Assembly (NCBI GenBank): GCA_029953675.1
Contig: JAMWBK010000003.1
Coordinates: forward strand, 1,426,001 to 1,490,000
Reading direction: 5' to 3'
Length of the DNA stretch: 64,000 nt
From: Rhodosorus marinus CCMP1338
Taxonomy: Eukaryota > Plantae > Rhodophyta
Shown: in pieces, positions 48,070 through 60,233 of the stretch
Layout: every line of letters starts with the position of its first letter
Numbering within the stretch: the stretch's first letter is position 1
Program-made: the position numbers and the translations under genes
The notes under the pieces: generated by a model
Database searches by the model: none
What the model saw: only the letters and a program-made list of their open reading frames with translations
Told to the model about the DNA's origin: nothing

Positions 48070-50171
48070 TGTTGTTCTGCACTAATCAGGCAAGCATCTC
48101 TCCTTCCCAGTCCGTGATTGAAGTCCGCTCCACCTACCCACGACGACCAGCTGAGCAAAATTGCACCATCTCGCCGTCGCCAATGAACAGGTCCGAACGA
48201 ACCTAAGACGTGAACAGCAGTGTCAAATGAAGGACGCATTTCTCAGTCGACAACGAGTCACGTCCATATGGGTTTGTGACCATGAGAGCGATCAGCTTGG
48301 TCAAAGCCTCTCTATCCGGTCCTTAACGATTCCTTCGACTAGGGTTTGTACCAGATGACGTTGCTCGGCACAGCTTCTGATCCACCGGAAGGAGAGGCGA
48401 AAAAAGGGATGACAGCCTGTCTTTTCCTCCCTCCTTGCAATACATTTTTGATAAAAACTCGAAAGCCATATTCATGTGAGTTGAGCAATGGGCAAGGATC
48501 TATCTGTTAGGAGTATTAATTCTTCTTGATGAACAATTTTCGTCCAGTTTCTATCGACAGCTTCTCTCAATATCCCCTCGAGCTAAAAGCCTCGAGAGGT
48601 TCATGTATTATAAAATAAAAACGCCATCCTTCCAGATCGACTAAAAATAACCACATTTGGGTCTATTACTTCCGTATCTGAAAATCTGTTCATTTTGGGA
48701 CGATTTTTGGTAGCTACCGAAACACGAGATCAGTGCTCCAGTCTAGAGTGGATCAATTATAATTTTATAAACAGAAGCATTTCAAACACAAATATTCTTT
48801 TTTTAGGAGACCTCCCTAGCCCAAATGATTGGACGTCCGGGATACGGTTTATACAATTCTGATATCCTTCCCATCAATTACGAATAAGAAATTTCCAAAA
48901 TTTCTATATCGAGAGAACTGGGGGAGGATTCAAACCTGGCATTTCCATTGCAGTCTGAGGTACCATCGTCAAGTTAAAGGAGATAACTTCGACGCAAAAA
49001 ACAAAAAAAGGGGGGGGGGGCGGAAGGGAGGAAAAACCGACAGCACAAACGATTCTTGATCCTTTTTTTTTCTAATTCAATGAGCATAGTCAACCCTGAA
49101 GCGCCGTTTCAAGGATCAAATAAAGTATCTCTGTGATTCGTCATGGGATATCTTGTATGAAAGAAAAAGTTTTGTTCGGCATCTTAAGTGGATATCTGTG
49201 ATTCGTCAAGTACAGATACCTGTATAAGGAAGCTAAAATCCAAATGAAAAATATAAGCATAGAATTTCGTCCTGTTTATATTTAGTACGTTAATATGCCA
49301 TGACGGAGATGACTATGTACAGTTAATAATTATTTCTTATATTTATGGAAGAGTAGGTGTGGGAAAAGTTCACGCTTTAGCTTAGAAACTATTATTAAAG
49401 CATGTTTATCGTGATGTGCATTTCCAAACACTCATTCCGCCGAATTTGACTCTATATTTGGGAGGGGGAGGGTTGGGGAGAGGGCGGAGATGTTTGAAGA
49501 AATTAATGGAGGCAGCCAGAGCAACTCGATCTTCTCCTACTCTCCGAGCGAACCTGGGAAGAAGGTTATAGGACGTATGGGGAAACCCTAACCGCGCGAC
49601 GCTAGGAGAAGAACGTGACTAGCCCTCTTACGGCTCTTCTAAGAAACGAAAGTTCTTTAACTTGTTCTTCCAGAAACTAGGAAGGAGGCTTGTTATCGTC
49701 CGAACCGCGGCTATCAGCCGATCAACCAACAAATTCACCCATCCCCTTCTCGCAACAATCTGCTCCGCCCGACACCGTTTCCAATCAAAACGTTACGCTA
49801 TTAGCTGTACAAGATATTGAAAGCCCTTATACCTTTAATATTTTATAGTATTTCAAGTAATGAGGAGTTGAGGAGAGGGGGGGGTCTGCAAATGTCGAAG
49901 TCCTGACCTAAGGGGTTCTTCCCGAGAGATAGGAAAAAACAAGTCAACTGAAAATTGAAGGGGTTTTTAGATGATAGATGCAGGTGTAGTGGAGAGAGGA
50001 GATCTGGCTCTAGGAGGAGAGGTTTGGGTTGTGCGGGCGGAGGGTGTTGAGTGGAGTTGTAGGCTTGATTCTTTTTGTCTGTGTTTTTTTGAGCAGCTAA
50101 ACTCGGGTTGATCTAATTTCGAGAGAGGTTTCCTTTGTTTGCGGGTTTCGGCTGACAAGTTTGAATTTGCC

Positions 50172-51539
50172 ATGACGATGGCGTTTACGGTCTCCGTTGT
50201 GGTTGAAGGGAGGTTTGTTGGCGGTGGCTCCTGCAAGCATGGCGGGGCTCGCAGATCTAGAGGGACGCGGTTCGGGTTGCGGATGCAGGAGACTAAAGTT
50301 GAGGGTGCCAAAACCGTAGAAGTTCCGACATCTAAGAAATTGGGTGTCGGGATTATTGGAGCCGGCAGAATTGGACAGGTTCACGCTGAGAACATCAACT
50401 TGAAGGTGAAGAATGCAAAGTTGGTGGGCATATCATCTGGAACGAAAAAGCTGGCGGAAGTCTGCTCCCTCGAAAATTCTTGCACGCCGTACTACGATTA
50501 TCATGAGATGCTTGAGGTAAGCAATGAAACCGGAGACTCACGACGTAACCCGCCGAAAATATTACTAGTCTAGAATATAGAGTTTTCGCTAGTACAACCA
50601 GAGCCGACAATCGGCATCTTTTTCCCATCTTGCTTACTGTGTTTGCTTGGTGCCTGCGTGTTTCTCGCCGTCAAGAACCCGGAACTCGACGCAGTCTGCA
50701 TCTGTTCCGCATCGAACCAGCATACCGACCAGATCATCGCTGCAGCGGAGGCAGGAAAGCATATTTTCTGTGAGAAGCCTATCGATACTGACTTGGCCGT
50801 AATCGATGAGGCGCTCAAGGCCGTAAAGAAAGCCGGTGTGAAGTTGCAGGTCGGGTTCAATCGACGTTTCGACTGCAACTACTCGCGAGTTCGACAGGCC
50901 GTGGTCGCGGGAGAGATAGGCACCCCACAGATATTCCACATCACCAGCCGGGACCCGTCGCCACCACCGATTGAGTACGTGAAGAATTCGGGAGGGATCT
51001 GGTTGGACTGCTCTATTCACGATTTTGACATGGCGCGTTTCCTTGTCGGAGACGACGTCGAGGAAGTGTATGCTCTGGGGGCTGTCAATATTGACAAACA
51101 AATTGAAGAGTATGGTGACATTGATACCTCTGTCATCTCGCTCAAATTCAAGAACGGCGTGATCGGGACAATTGACAACTCAAGGAGGGCCGTGTACGGA
51201 TACGATCAACGTTGTGAAGTATTTGGATCGAGGGGCTCAGTGTCTATTAACAACAACTATCCGAACTCAGCAGTCGTCTCCACTGCTGAAAAGATCCAGC
51301 GCGATCTGCCGCTGCACTTCTTCATGGATCGCTATACTGAGTCTTTTGTCACGGAGATTCGTGACTTCGTGGATTGTGTTGTTGAAGACAAGAATGTACC
51401 TGTGACTGGATGGGACGGACGTGCGCCAGTAGTCATTGCTATAGCAGCTAAAAAGTCCTACCATGAGGGACGACCGATCAAGTTGAGTGAGGTTGATTTG
51501 CCGATTCCCGAAGAGTTGGAAGGCTGGGACGGCCAGTAA
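50172..51539 (+). CDS. iolG: myo-Inositol 2-dehydrogenase (IolG-like, Gfo/Idh/MocA) with plastid-type transit peptide (2 exons)
   Basis: GIIGAGRIGQVH, HIFCEKP, VGFNRRFD, ITSRDP, GGIWLDCSIHDFDMARF, YGYDQRCEVFG. N-terminus MAFTVSVV...RSRGTRFGLRM. One intron starting at 50517. Confidence 0.85.
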
Positions 51540-52871
51540 AATCATCTACTGGAGACCTGGTTGACAACTGCAATCGGAGAAGGCACCATGCGCTGCGGGC
51601 CGGCACACACAACGGCGCTTTGCTAAGAACGATCCTCAGAGGAGTGTAGAGTAAAATCCAACCCAAAGCTTTTAAGTAAAGACGATACTCTGTGCAATGC
51701 TGGCACGCTCCGTTGTAGTCTCCCCAAAATCCTCGCCCTGTCGAACTTTTAAGTACCGGCACTTGCACTGAGGGGTTTTCACTGAAAATTGATTTCCGTC
51801 GTAAAGGAGGATTGGCACAACTTGAGCTCTCGCGTCAGAGGCATGCTGGAATAGTCAAAACTTGACGTGTCGAACGTACAGAGCATCCTAGCAATAGTAA
51901 AAGATGGCTTGCACTGCAGTTCGCACTGTCTTCCGGCACATATGCGGCTCGACGGGAGTAGCACGCAACGTGCAAAAACCGTTCAGTTTTCGCTTAGTGA
52001 TTCGGCTTGAAGGACAAAGGTCAAAACTCGACGAATCCTGTACTAGCTCCCCTGTTCTATAGCATCTATTTGGTCCCGGGTTTCTAAGTGAGCTTCACTT
52101 GGTAATGGCTAACTACGAGTGGGGCGCCATGGCGCTATAGACCCGGTACATATGCACTGCATGGCCAACTGCTCTGAAGCCATGCAATCCCACGTCGTAT
52201 GAAATACTGGCATGGGCAGGACCAGAACCTCAATGAAGTTCTACAACAATGAAGTTCTGGTCCTGAACAATGGATCTGAGGATCCACAGTCAATTTATTC
52301 AGAGCCCATCTGGGATCCGCGAGGAGCATCCTCAAACATTTCCGATTCATTTACCCAGGGATACGTTAAAATGTCCGGAAATCACAAGGCCAATTGCTGA
52401 TGACCACCTCACCAAAAGGTCCCGAATGGTGTCAAGATTTTTACTTCGTGCAGTACTTCAATAAAAACAAAAAGATTTATAAGACTTTCAGGCTGCGGGA
52501 TGGCGGAATAGAAAAATTATTCGAAAGGGGCGGCGCTCCACGGAAATCCAAATCTCACTTCCTCGCCAGATTTCGATGCTTTAGGGTTTTGAGACTCCAG
52601 AAACCACCATAAAATGAGCAAATTCAAACCAATTACATTGCCCTAAATAACGAAACGAAAACGACTTTTGGAATATATAACCAATCAAAACTTGGATCGA
52701 AACCATTCTTGAACGTACTCGATTTGATACCAATCAAAACGTCGGGTTCCGGCGGAGCCCCCTTCTCCGTTAGGGGGGGGAAATGAGAGATCCACCACTG
52801 CGACATCAACAAACAATCACCCGGTCGAAAAACATTGTTCCTCAAGAATATCTTCATTTATATTTCCACAA

Positions 52872-52908
52872 TCTCACAAATCAAACAACTGTTGTTTGAT
52901 TTGTGAGA
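52872..52908. repeat. 37-bp palindrome (18-bp arms, 1-nt centre)
   Basis: TCTCACAAATCAAACAAC-T-GTTGTTTGATTTGTGAGA. Confidence 0.95.
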
Positions 52909-54111
52909 ACTGAGGATGGGGTGGCTTGGAGGGGTTGGGGGGGGGGGCGGGAAGAAATCTTATGAGCGAGTTTAAAGGGTGCTTAAACTCCTTCATCGAC
53001 ACAAATCCGAAGGATTTTAAAACAAGTCAAAATCTCTTTTGAGGAGTCCATCGTTCCCACGAAGTGGACGGATATTTACATATTCTCTATATGAAATTTA
53101 CAAGCAATAGATTTTAGCAGATACATCTATCTCATTGTCAATCGTAGAATTCTAATTCCTCTTAGTAATCGCTTTCTCTCCCCCCCCCCCCATCCCTTTT
53201 TCCTCCTCGGCGAAACCCGGCCCTTTGATACCTGTCCCGTTTTTCATGACTATCTTCGAAGTCGACGAATTCTAAGGGTCCAAGTATGTTCGATAGGAGC
53301 ACAATATTGATGTTTTCGTGGTTGTCAGGGACGGGGGATATTATCTTCATGTTAAGTGTGGTGGACAGATTCCTTTACCCCCCTGCCAATAGTTTTCCCC
53401 TTTTTGACTTGTGAAAGTGTCCATTTGCTTTTTGTTGTTTTTTTTACTTTGTATCCAAACGCCATTTCATACCAATTTTTTTAAACAAGGTGATTCTCAG
53501 GATCGTTTGAAAGGCACTCGAAAACAAAAAAAAGGATCATGGAAAAAAAATTGGTTTTGAAGGGAGAAAATCATAGGGGTGGGAGGAGAAAGAAGGGGGT
53601 GGGTGGGGGCAAAGCTCCACCAAAAAAAATCTTATGAATGAGATCCGTTTGTTCAAAATGGGCTCTGAGAGACGTCTTCTCAGCAAATTTTTTATACTCG
53701 GAATTTTTTGGTCGGCATCGAATGGGGGGGATGGACGCTATGGCATTTTGTTTTTCTTTGATGGGGGGTTTTTTACAAGGGCTTGTTGAACTTGGATGTC
53801 TGTGAGGAGTGTTTGGATTAGGGCTTTGAGTAGGGTTTTTGGGGAAAGCGGGGGTGAATAGATTGTTTGTTTTCATTAGGATTGTATTGGGGATGTATTG
53901 TGGTGGTGATATTGTGAGGGAATAATTGGGGATGTTAAAGGTAGGAAAGTAGAAGAATTAGTTTGGTAGGAGGCTGGAGGAAGGGACGGAAAGAGTGAAG
54001 TGTGATTGGAACGTGGGATTGTTGAGAGTGGTGGTGGTTGTGGTGGTGAAAGGAAGGGGGCGAGGTCTAGTTTTGTTGTGGTATGGGTATGTCGGATTTG
54101 ATAGTGTCGTG

Positions 54112-54618
54112 ATGGAGCGAGTTGACGAAGTGCGGTCGGGAGGGCGCCAGATGTGGAATGATGTGAGCGGATTTGGAGGAAGTAGTGGCCAGTTGAGGGA
54201 ATGGAAACGTCGGGAAATGCGAAAGAGTGCATGGGCTGATGATGAGCACGAGCGGTTCGTTGCTGCTTTGAAGCGATATGGAAGGGACTGGAAGGCAATT
54301 GAGAGCTCAGTTGGGACTCGCACGGCAGTGCAGATTAGGTCCCATGCGCAGAAATACTTTATCAAGCTAAGGCGCCATAACATTTCAGAGTTCGACGCAT
54401 TGCCACCACCAAGGAAGAAGCGGAGTCGTGAGAAGGACGCCTCGTTCAGCTACGAGGATGGCGTTCATTCCTCAAGCCCCGAACTTCCCTATAATAATAA
54501 TATTATTCCCGGATCCCCAGAACAGCCGAAGCACGAAACTACGCTCACTGCGAGGGACTATGCTTGCGTCGACGCGTTGACTCTTCTAGTCTGTGCGGCC
54601 GATCGAATCAATGCATAA
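54112..54618 (+). CDS. Single-repeat MYB (SHAQKYF class) transcription factor
   Basis: SAWADDEHERFVAALKRYGRDWKAIESSVGTRTAVQIRSHAQKYFIKL...LPPPRKKR. Confidence 0.93.
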   Translation: MERVDEVRSGGRQMWNDVSGFGGSSGQLREWKRREMRKSAWADDEHERFVAALKRYGRDWKAIESSVGTRTAVQIRSHAQKYFIKLRRHNISEFDALPPPRKKRSREKDASFSYEDGVHSSSPELPYNNNIIPGSPEQPKHETTLTARDYACVDALTLLVCAADRINA

Positions 54619-56453
54619 CTTTGCTCCTTTGGCCAGGTTTTGTTTTTCACCGAATCTTGCTCGACAGGTAAATTTAAGCAGAGTTCAACACCTTAATAAA
54701 TAATAAACGAGTCGTTTTCGTTTTGTTTTCAACGTTTTGAGTTTGGAGCTCCACAGACATCCGTCGAAAAATAGTCTCATCGCACTTCACGCAAGTCGAG
54801 GCCCTGGACTCTGCACAAAAATGTCGCCGTAGCTGCGCAAAAGATGCAATACAAGAATCGCTTACTGGTACTGTCCCTGTTTCGTTCCCGCGTACTGAAT
54901 GAAGAACGAATTTGCAAAACCATTCCGGAGCGGGACTAGTCGAACAATTCACCCGCCCAGTACTCAAGCCGCTCCTTTGCTTGGCACGCTTGCGTCGAGC
55001 AGAAGAATTTAATTCCTCTTCTCCGATGAGTGTAGACGCGTCGATCCTAATCTTTTCGGTAGTATGTACACATTCAGAAATCGATTCGAGTCATCCAAAG
55101 ACTTCAACTAAGCGCGAGGCCTCCCATTAGCAGCAAAACCTTGACTATCCCCGTGAGCGAGCCCATTCCGAAACTCAAGGGTTAAGATGCTAGGGGACTG
55201 GCAACTAAATTTCTTTTCTAGAGCAGAGCTCAGCGTGCGGATGCTCACCCGAGTGGAGTTCATTGATTGATCATAAACGCCCTGGAAGACTCCCGAGGAG
55301 GATCACTAGCCCCATGACCAGAAACTATTCAATTGGTTCCTTACCTGCAAGGCTGTTTGGAAGCTTTGACGGCAATCAAGACCAGAAAACGAAATGGATA
55401 AAACAGGATCTAGCCGGATAGAGCAACAGAGCTTTCGCTCGATCTCGACAGTATGCGATGCGCTCGTGTGCATGCTGCGGAGGCGCGATACGTCATCCAA
55501 AACCAGAGGGAAAACAATATTTAGCAATAAATCGTCGATCCCATCGAGCTGGGGTTTGAGCCTACACCGATATCCAGAGCTGTACTGAGGCCCATAGGGC
55601 GTTTCTCATCGCCCACGATCGCTCGTTAACGAAGAGATCCGTCAAGCAGGACGTTAATCCACTTTCATGGGGTTAGACTTCGACTGGGTCCACGTCCGAT
55701 GTCGTAGATCGCGCTATTCTCCTCGTATTACTGGAGCTCTTTGGGAGGGGGACTAACCTGTTCCTTAGAGAGGGTCTTTAAATGTAGCTGGGTCTCAGCT
55801 ACGACCACGCGTCTAGAGACCCGTTTGCTGATATTTTCGGTTTCTGAGTCTACCTCGGGACAGCAAGCCCCTTCCCAATTCTGTGCTCCACTCCTGTGGG
55901 ATCGAGACGGCTCCTCAAAGAAGAGGTAGTCTGAGGCGTCGAAAGCGCCACCTAATGACGAGATATGCGCAAGTCCCTTGTTAGCACCAATCCCGCGAAC
56001 AAAACCGTCATTTCCAATTCCCACCCTTAAAAAGAAATCATTGAAACCCTTGAAAATTTATGGCGTTAGTCTGGTGCTGTGAAACTTCGCCGTGAAGATT
56101 GTGTTCAACGTGATCGCTGGATCGCAGCTAAAGCACTCCAGCTCGGAAAACCAGAAGCAAAGACGTGTACTATGACCTCCAAAGCCCAACGGGGTACCTC
56201 GTCCTGAGGTATCTCTCTAGTCACCATACTACAACGCGCAGACCGAGACAATGGACTGATAGAGGCTAAGTGACGAGTATACGTTCGCCCAGAACGACAT
56301 GCGCTCACGAGGACCCCAACATCGGACGCTCAGAAGCCGATACTAAGAATGCCGAAAAAGGGATTAAAGCAATTGGAAAACGCCACTTTGCTCACTTCGA
56401 TCCGAAGAAAAAGTGAGATCCAACTCAAAAATTTTTGTCGGCCAGTTTCAGTT

Positions 56454-56510
56454 GCTGTTGGCGTATGAGTCATAGCATGAGTATCATAGCATGAGTCATA
56501 CGCCAACAGC
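56454..56510. repeat. Inverted repeat with nested ATGAGTCATAGC-like direct repeats
   Basis: GCTGTTGGCGTATGA pairs perfectly with TCATACGCCAACAGC (19/20 over 20 bp). The interior is ATGAGTCATAGC/ATGAGTATCATAGC/ATGAGTCATA. Confidence 0.9.
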
Positions 56511-56979
56511 GGTATGAATCATAAGAAGGATCGTGGCGAACGCTATGAAAGCGGCTATGAAAGCGGAGAATCGGCTGGAGATGTTCACGTGAGGTGTTTG
56601 AGGGGGGATGTTTGTTGCAAAGAGCTCAACAGGCTTTAATCGTGACAGGCAGCAAGCTAGGCCAAGCTGAGGACCATTCCGGCACATAGCCTTCAGCAAG
56701 AAAGACCAAACAGAAGACATTCTAAGCTAATCACTCACCCGAATTCCAGGGGTGCCGATGAGGAGCTTTTGCCACAAGCAATATCCGCGGTTTTACTTCA
56801 ATAATGATAACGAAGCATAACCAGAACGGAAACTTTGAGACGCAGCCCTTTTTTTCTGAATTGGCATTGGGAGGGAATTTCCAGGGCCCGTGGATCGGCG
56901 TATTTGTGGCGTCGAAACATGTATGGAGTGGCGTCAAAGTGTCGCTATTATCGATCCCGTTGACTGGCCCCCAAAAACC

Positions 56980-57029
56980 ACTGATCAGCGCCAAGTCCAG
57001 GACTTCCTGGACTTGGCGCGCTGATCAGT
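56980..57029. repeat. Hairpin with 22 paired bases, 2-nt bulge and 4-nt loop
   Basis: ACTGATCAGCG-CCAAGTCCAGG-ACTT-CCTGGACTTGG-CG-CGCTGATCAGT. Confidence 0.9.
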
Positions 57030-57840
57030 CTAGGAAAGCCCGAAACCTGCAGGATTGCTTGGGCTTCATGATAAGGCGGCTGCCCTAAATAAAAGGTTTG
57101 CACTCTGACACTGGAAGGGTGCCCGATGAGGAGCTGTGTTATGTCGCCAAAGCAAATCGTCACCGGCGATGATGATTGTTTATTCATAGACAGCAACCAA
57201 GACAGGAAGGAAAACTATGCCAAGCACAACCCCATTCGCAAGGATATCCTTGTGTAAAACAAGACCAAACAGAAACCAATCAAGGCTAATCAACTACCGA
57301 AGGGTGCTGATGAGGAGCCACTGCCACCAACCCCAGAAGAAAACGCGTTGCCAAAAGTAAAAGTTTCCTGGTTTTTTATTCAGAAATGATAAAGAACCAC
57401 GTCAGTAGAGTTTACTTCTAGCGCGGGTTCTCTACTTCTCATTAGCTAGAAGAGGTGTGGCTATATCGCCACCTTCGATGCTCAATCGCCGCGAATAGAG
57501 ATGCCTGATCATCAGAGCGGGATGGATCCTTCTTGGGCGAGCGGTTGGTCGTTGCGGTTGGATAGTCGGGGTGGTTACCTTGGCGATCGGCAAGTGAGAG
57601 ACCACGGTATACATGAGGATGTTTGCTTCCTTTTTGGGGGGGGGAGTTTGTTTTTGAGTATGGCTGGAATTATTACAACCGGGAGGATGGAAACAGCCTA
57701 TGTTCTCTAGCACGATATAGGTGAAGTGCTTCGGAGAGGAATTGTAGGTGGTGGAGGGAAGGTTAGGGGGTCGTTTGGGGGCTTTGATGTATGTAAATGG
57801 GATAGGGGGATTTGTTGAGCATCGCTAGTGGAATTTAAAC

Positions 57841-60233
57841 ATGCTTCAAGTAGCTCTTCGCGGGGGTATCGAGGCGGAGGAGGTTGTTGGACGTGCCGCT
57901 GCTCGGCGGGAGGAGGTTGAACGGACACAGGGCGAAGTGTTGCGTTTGGTAGGAGATGACTTTGGGGAGGCGTTCGTGGAGAAGAGCTTGGGTACATTGA
58001 GGAGTCTGTCGCAGAGTACCGATGATGCGGAGATTGCGACGCGGGAGTGGGCAGCAAGAGCCTCCGAGGTTCAAAAGGAGAGGCGAGAGACAGCGAGTGC
58101 TGCGTCAACTCTTAAGGAGCTCAGCGAACAGCTCTCTGCTCTTGCAGAGCTCGGTGAAATCCTCCAAGAAAGTGACGTCATGGAAGCTGAAGAGGATATT
58201 GCCGTTGTGGAAGAGCTTTTCAATTTGATCAACGATGCTGGTCGACTTTGTAAAGGACGCGGTGCACGTATTTTTCAACAAATTTACGTAGAACTGCAAC
58301 ATCGAAGAGATGATGCGCTCCTGATGATGCAAAATCGACTCCTGGAGTCAATTAACCTGACTTCTTCTGCTCTCGAAGTTCGACGCTGCAGCCCGATGAT
58401 CGCCGACGCGCTCCACAGGACCAACACTTTTGAGGAAACCATCACGGAACTTATCCGCCAAGTGAGTGAGTCTGATGACATACTGTGGGCGATCCGGAAA
58501 GCCGATGTTTTCGCAGTGGCTGAAGACGGAGATGAAAGCGACTCCATATGGACAATAGAATGGAGTCAGCATCGAACCTACGCTTACGATTTCCCAGCGT
58601 CCATTCAACTGGAAGAAAATCCGCTAGAGACTGAGCTTCCAGAAGAGCTCCTAAGTGTGCAGGATATTGCCAACGTGGCTTTTAGAGTTGACGTGCTCTG
58701 CGGCGTGCTCATGACCCAACTCTTCGGTACGAGAGACTCGGAGTATGCTAATTACTTACGCGGCCTTGTCTGGGACTGGCTTGCGAGGGATCTGTTTCAA
58801 CCACCGTTGATTCTGGCTAGTGACGGGGCCAGTACGAGCTCGATTGTGAGTACGACGTCGCTTCCAAAGCGCTGTGTTGCGGCATTCTATCTCTCCAAAG
58901 TTCTCCCAGAGATTGTTGGGGTGGGAGACGTAGAAGTCGTTTTCGGGGATAGCGCGGCTGTTCTGAAGATGGTCGCGAGAGAGCTCCGCGCTGAATTGCT
59001 CTTCCGAGCTCGCAAGTCAGTGTCAAACTTTGTTCTCGACGATGAAGACCATGTGTTGCTGGCGCCCTTAGCTTCTCCCTGGCGTCCGAAAGAACGTCGC
59101 AATTCGAACTGGTTTCCGTCCTGCCTGGTCACTAGGACGTCACTGCACATAATGGAGGTGGTCAAGCAAGCGTGTGCGGACGCCGCAACTGCTTCCCAAG
59201 ACGGCGGTGAAGATCAAGTCCTACCGGAGACATTGCTATCTACCGCGATCGAGGCGCTCGAAGCCTATCGCGTGGATATCCCAATTCTTCACCAGACTGC
59301 GTTCCAGGGCTCCCTCAAGCTGAGATGCCTCTACCACAATGACTGTTTCATGCTGTCCCACGTATTTGGAAACATACGCTCCACTTCGCGACTGGTTCCA
59401 ACGTCAATGAAACTTCGGTCGTCCGGAAGCGAGGTCCTCCTTGATGCAATTGCTGACGAGAAGCAGAGACTATATCAGTCAATAGAGATTTCGTCCTTTG
59501 GCGACGGATCTCTAACACACTATGGAACGTAAGCGGAGCAAGGGTTTGGGATCTTGTTCAGCAGTCGCCACTGGAGGAAACAAGGAAGCTAATCAAAAAA
59601 AACTTATGTGCGACAAATGTATGTACTGTTGAATGCAGGCCGCGCGTAAGGAAACAGTGTGATCTGGAGTTGACGAGAATGTTCGCTCATAATCAGGAGG
59701 TGTGCCGCGTTTACGCGGCCATGCTACCCGCTGGAGCGGCCGGGAACGCGATAGCCTCCTTGTGCGCGGAATTTCTCAACGCTTTGACTGGGTCTATCCT
59801 AGCCCTTTCTGAGATAGCCGCAGAAGCATGCGACGGGCTAGCCTTTCTTCTCGCAGGCACGGTTGCAAATTGCGAGAGGCTAGCGACACCTGATCGCCTC
59901 CGTGAAGCAGACCCTGACGCCGCGAAGGGATACCAGACTGCGGTGAAAAGGGTCCATGTGTTTCAGGAAATTCTGAACATTCGAATGGAGGATATCGCGG
60001 ACCACGCAAAGCAAGGAAAGTACAAAGGTCTGCTGGACAAGGAAGAGGTGAGTCCGCAAGAATTTCACTAACAGGTCGCCAACTATGCAGAGCCAGCTCC
60101 AACTGAGCTCCTCATATTCCTCCCCTCTTAGGTGGAGAAGCTAATCCTAGCGATATTTGAGGATTCAGCGCTTCGTGTTCAGATGATCCAAGAGCTTCAT
60201 GAAGATGCCCAAGATGAAGACTGGGGGTGGTAG
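57841..60233 (+). CDS. ZW10: ZW10 kinetochore/NRZ tethering subunit (3 exons)
   Basis: Long helical protein with FPSCLVT, LYHNDCFMLSH (ZW10 HNxC motif), GSLTHYG|...VCRVYAAMLP, FQEILNIRMEDIAD and EV|EKLILAIFEDSALR. Confidence 0.8.

Noticed and set aside
53571-54383. Several minus-strand P/T/S-rich ORFs near the MYB gene
   Set aside because: Artefacts of the G/T-skewed 5' region and antisense to the MYB CDS.
28485-60233. Apparent clustering of cell-cycle/chromatin genes (PLK, HIRIP3-like, RAD9, ZW10) or of plastid genes
   Set aside because: They are interspersed with unrelated genes over more than 30 kb with no shared arrangement; consistent with random order in a compact genome.
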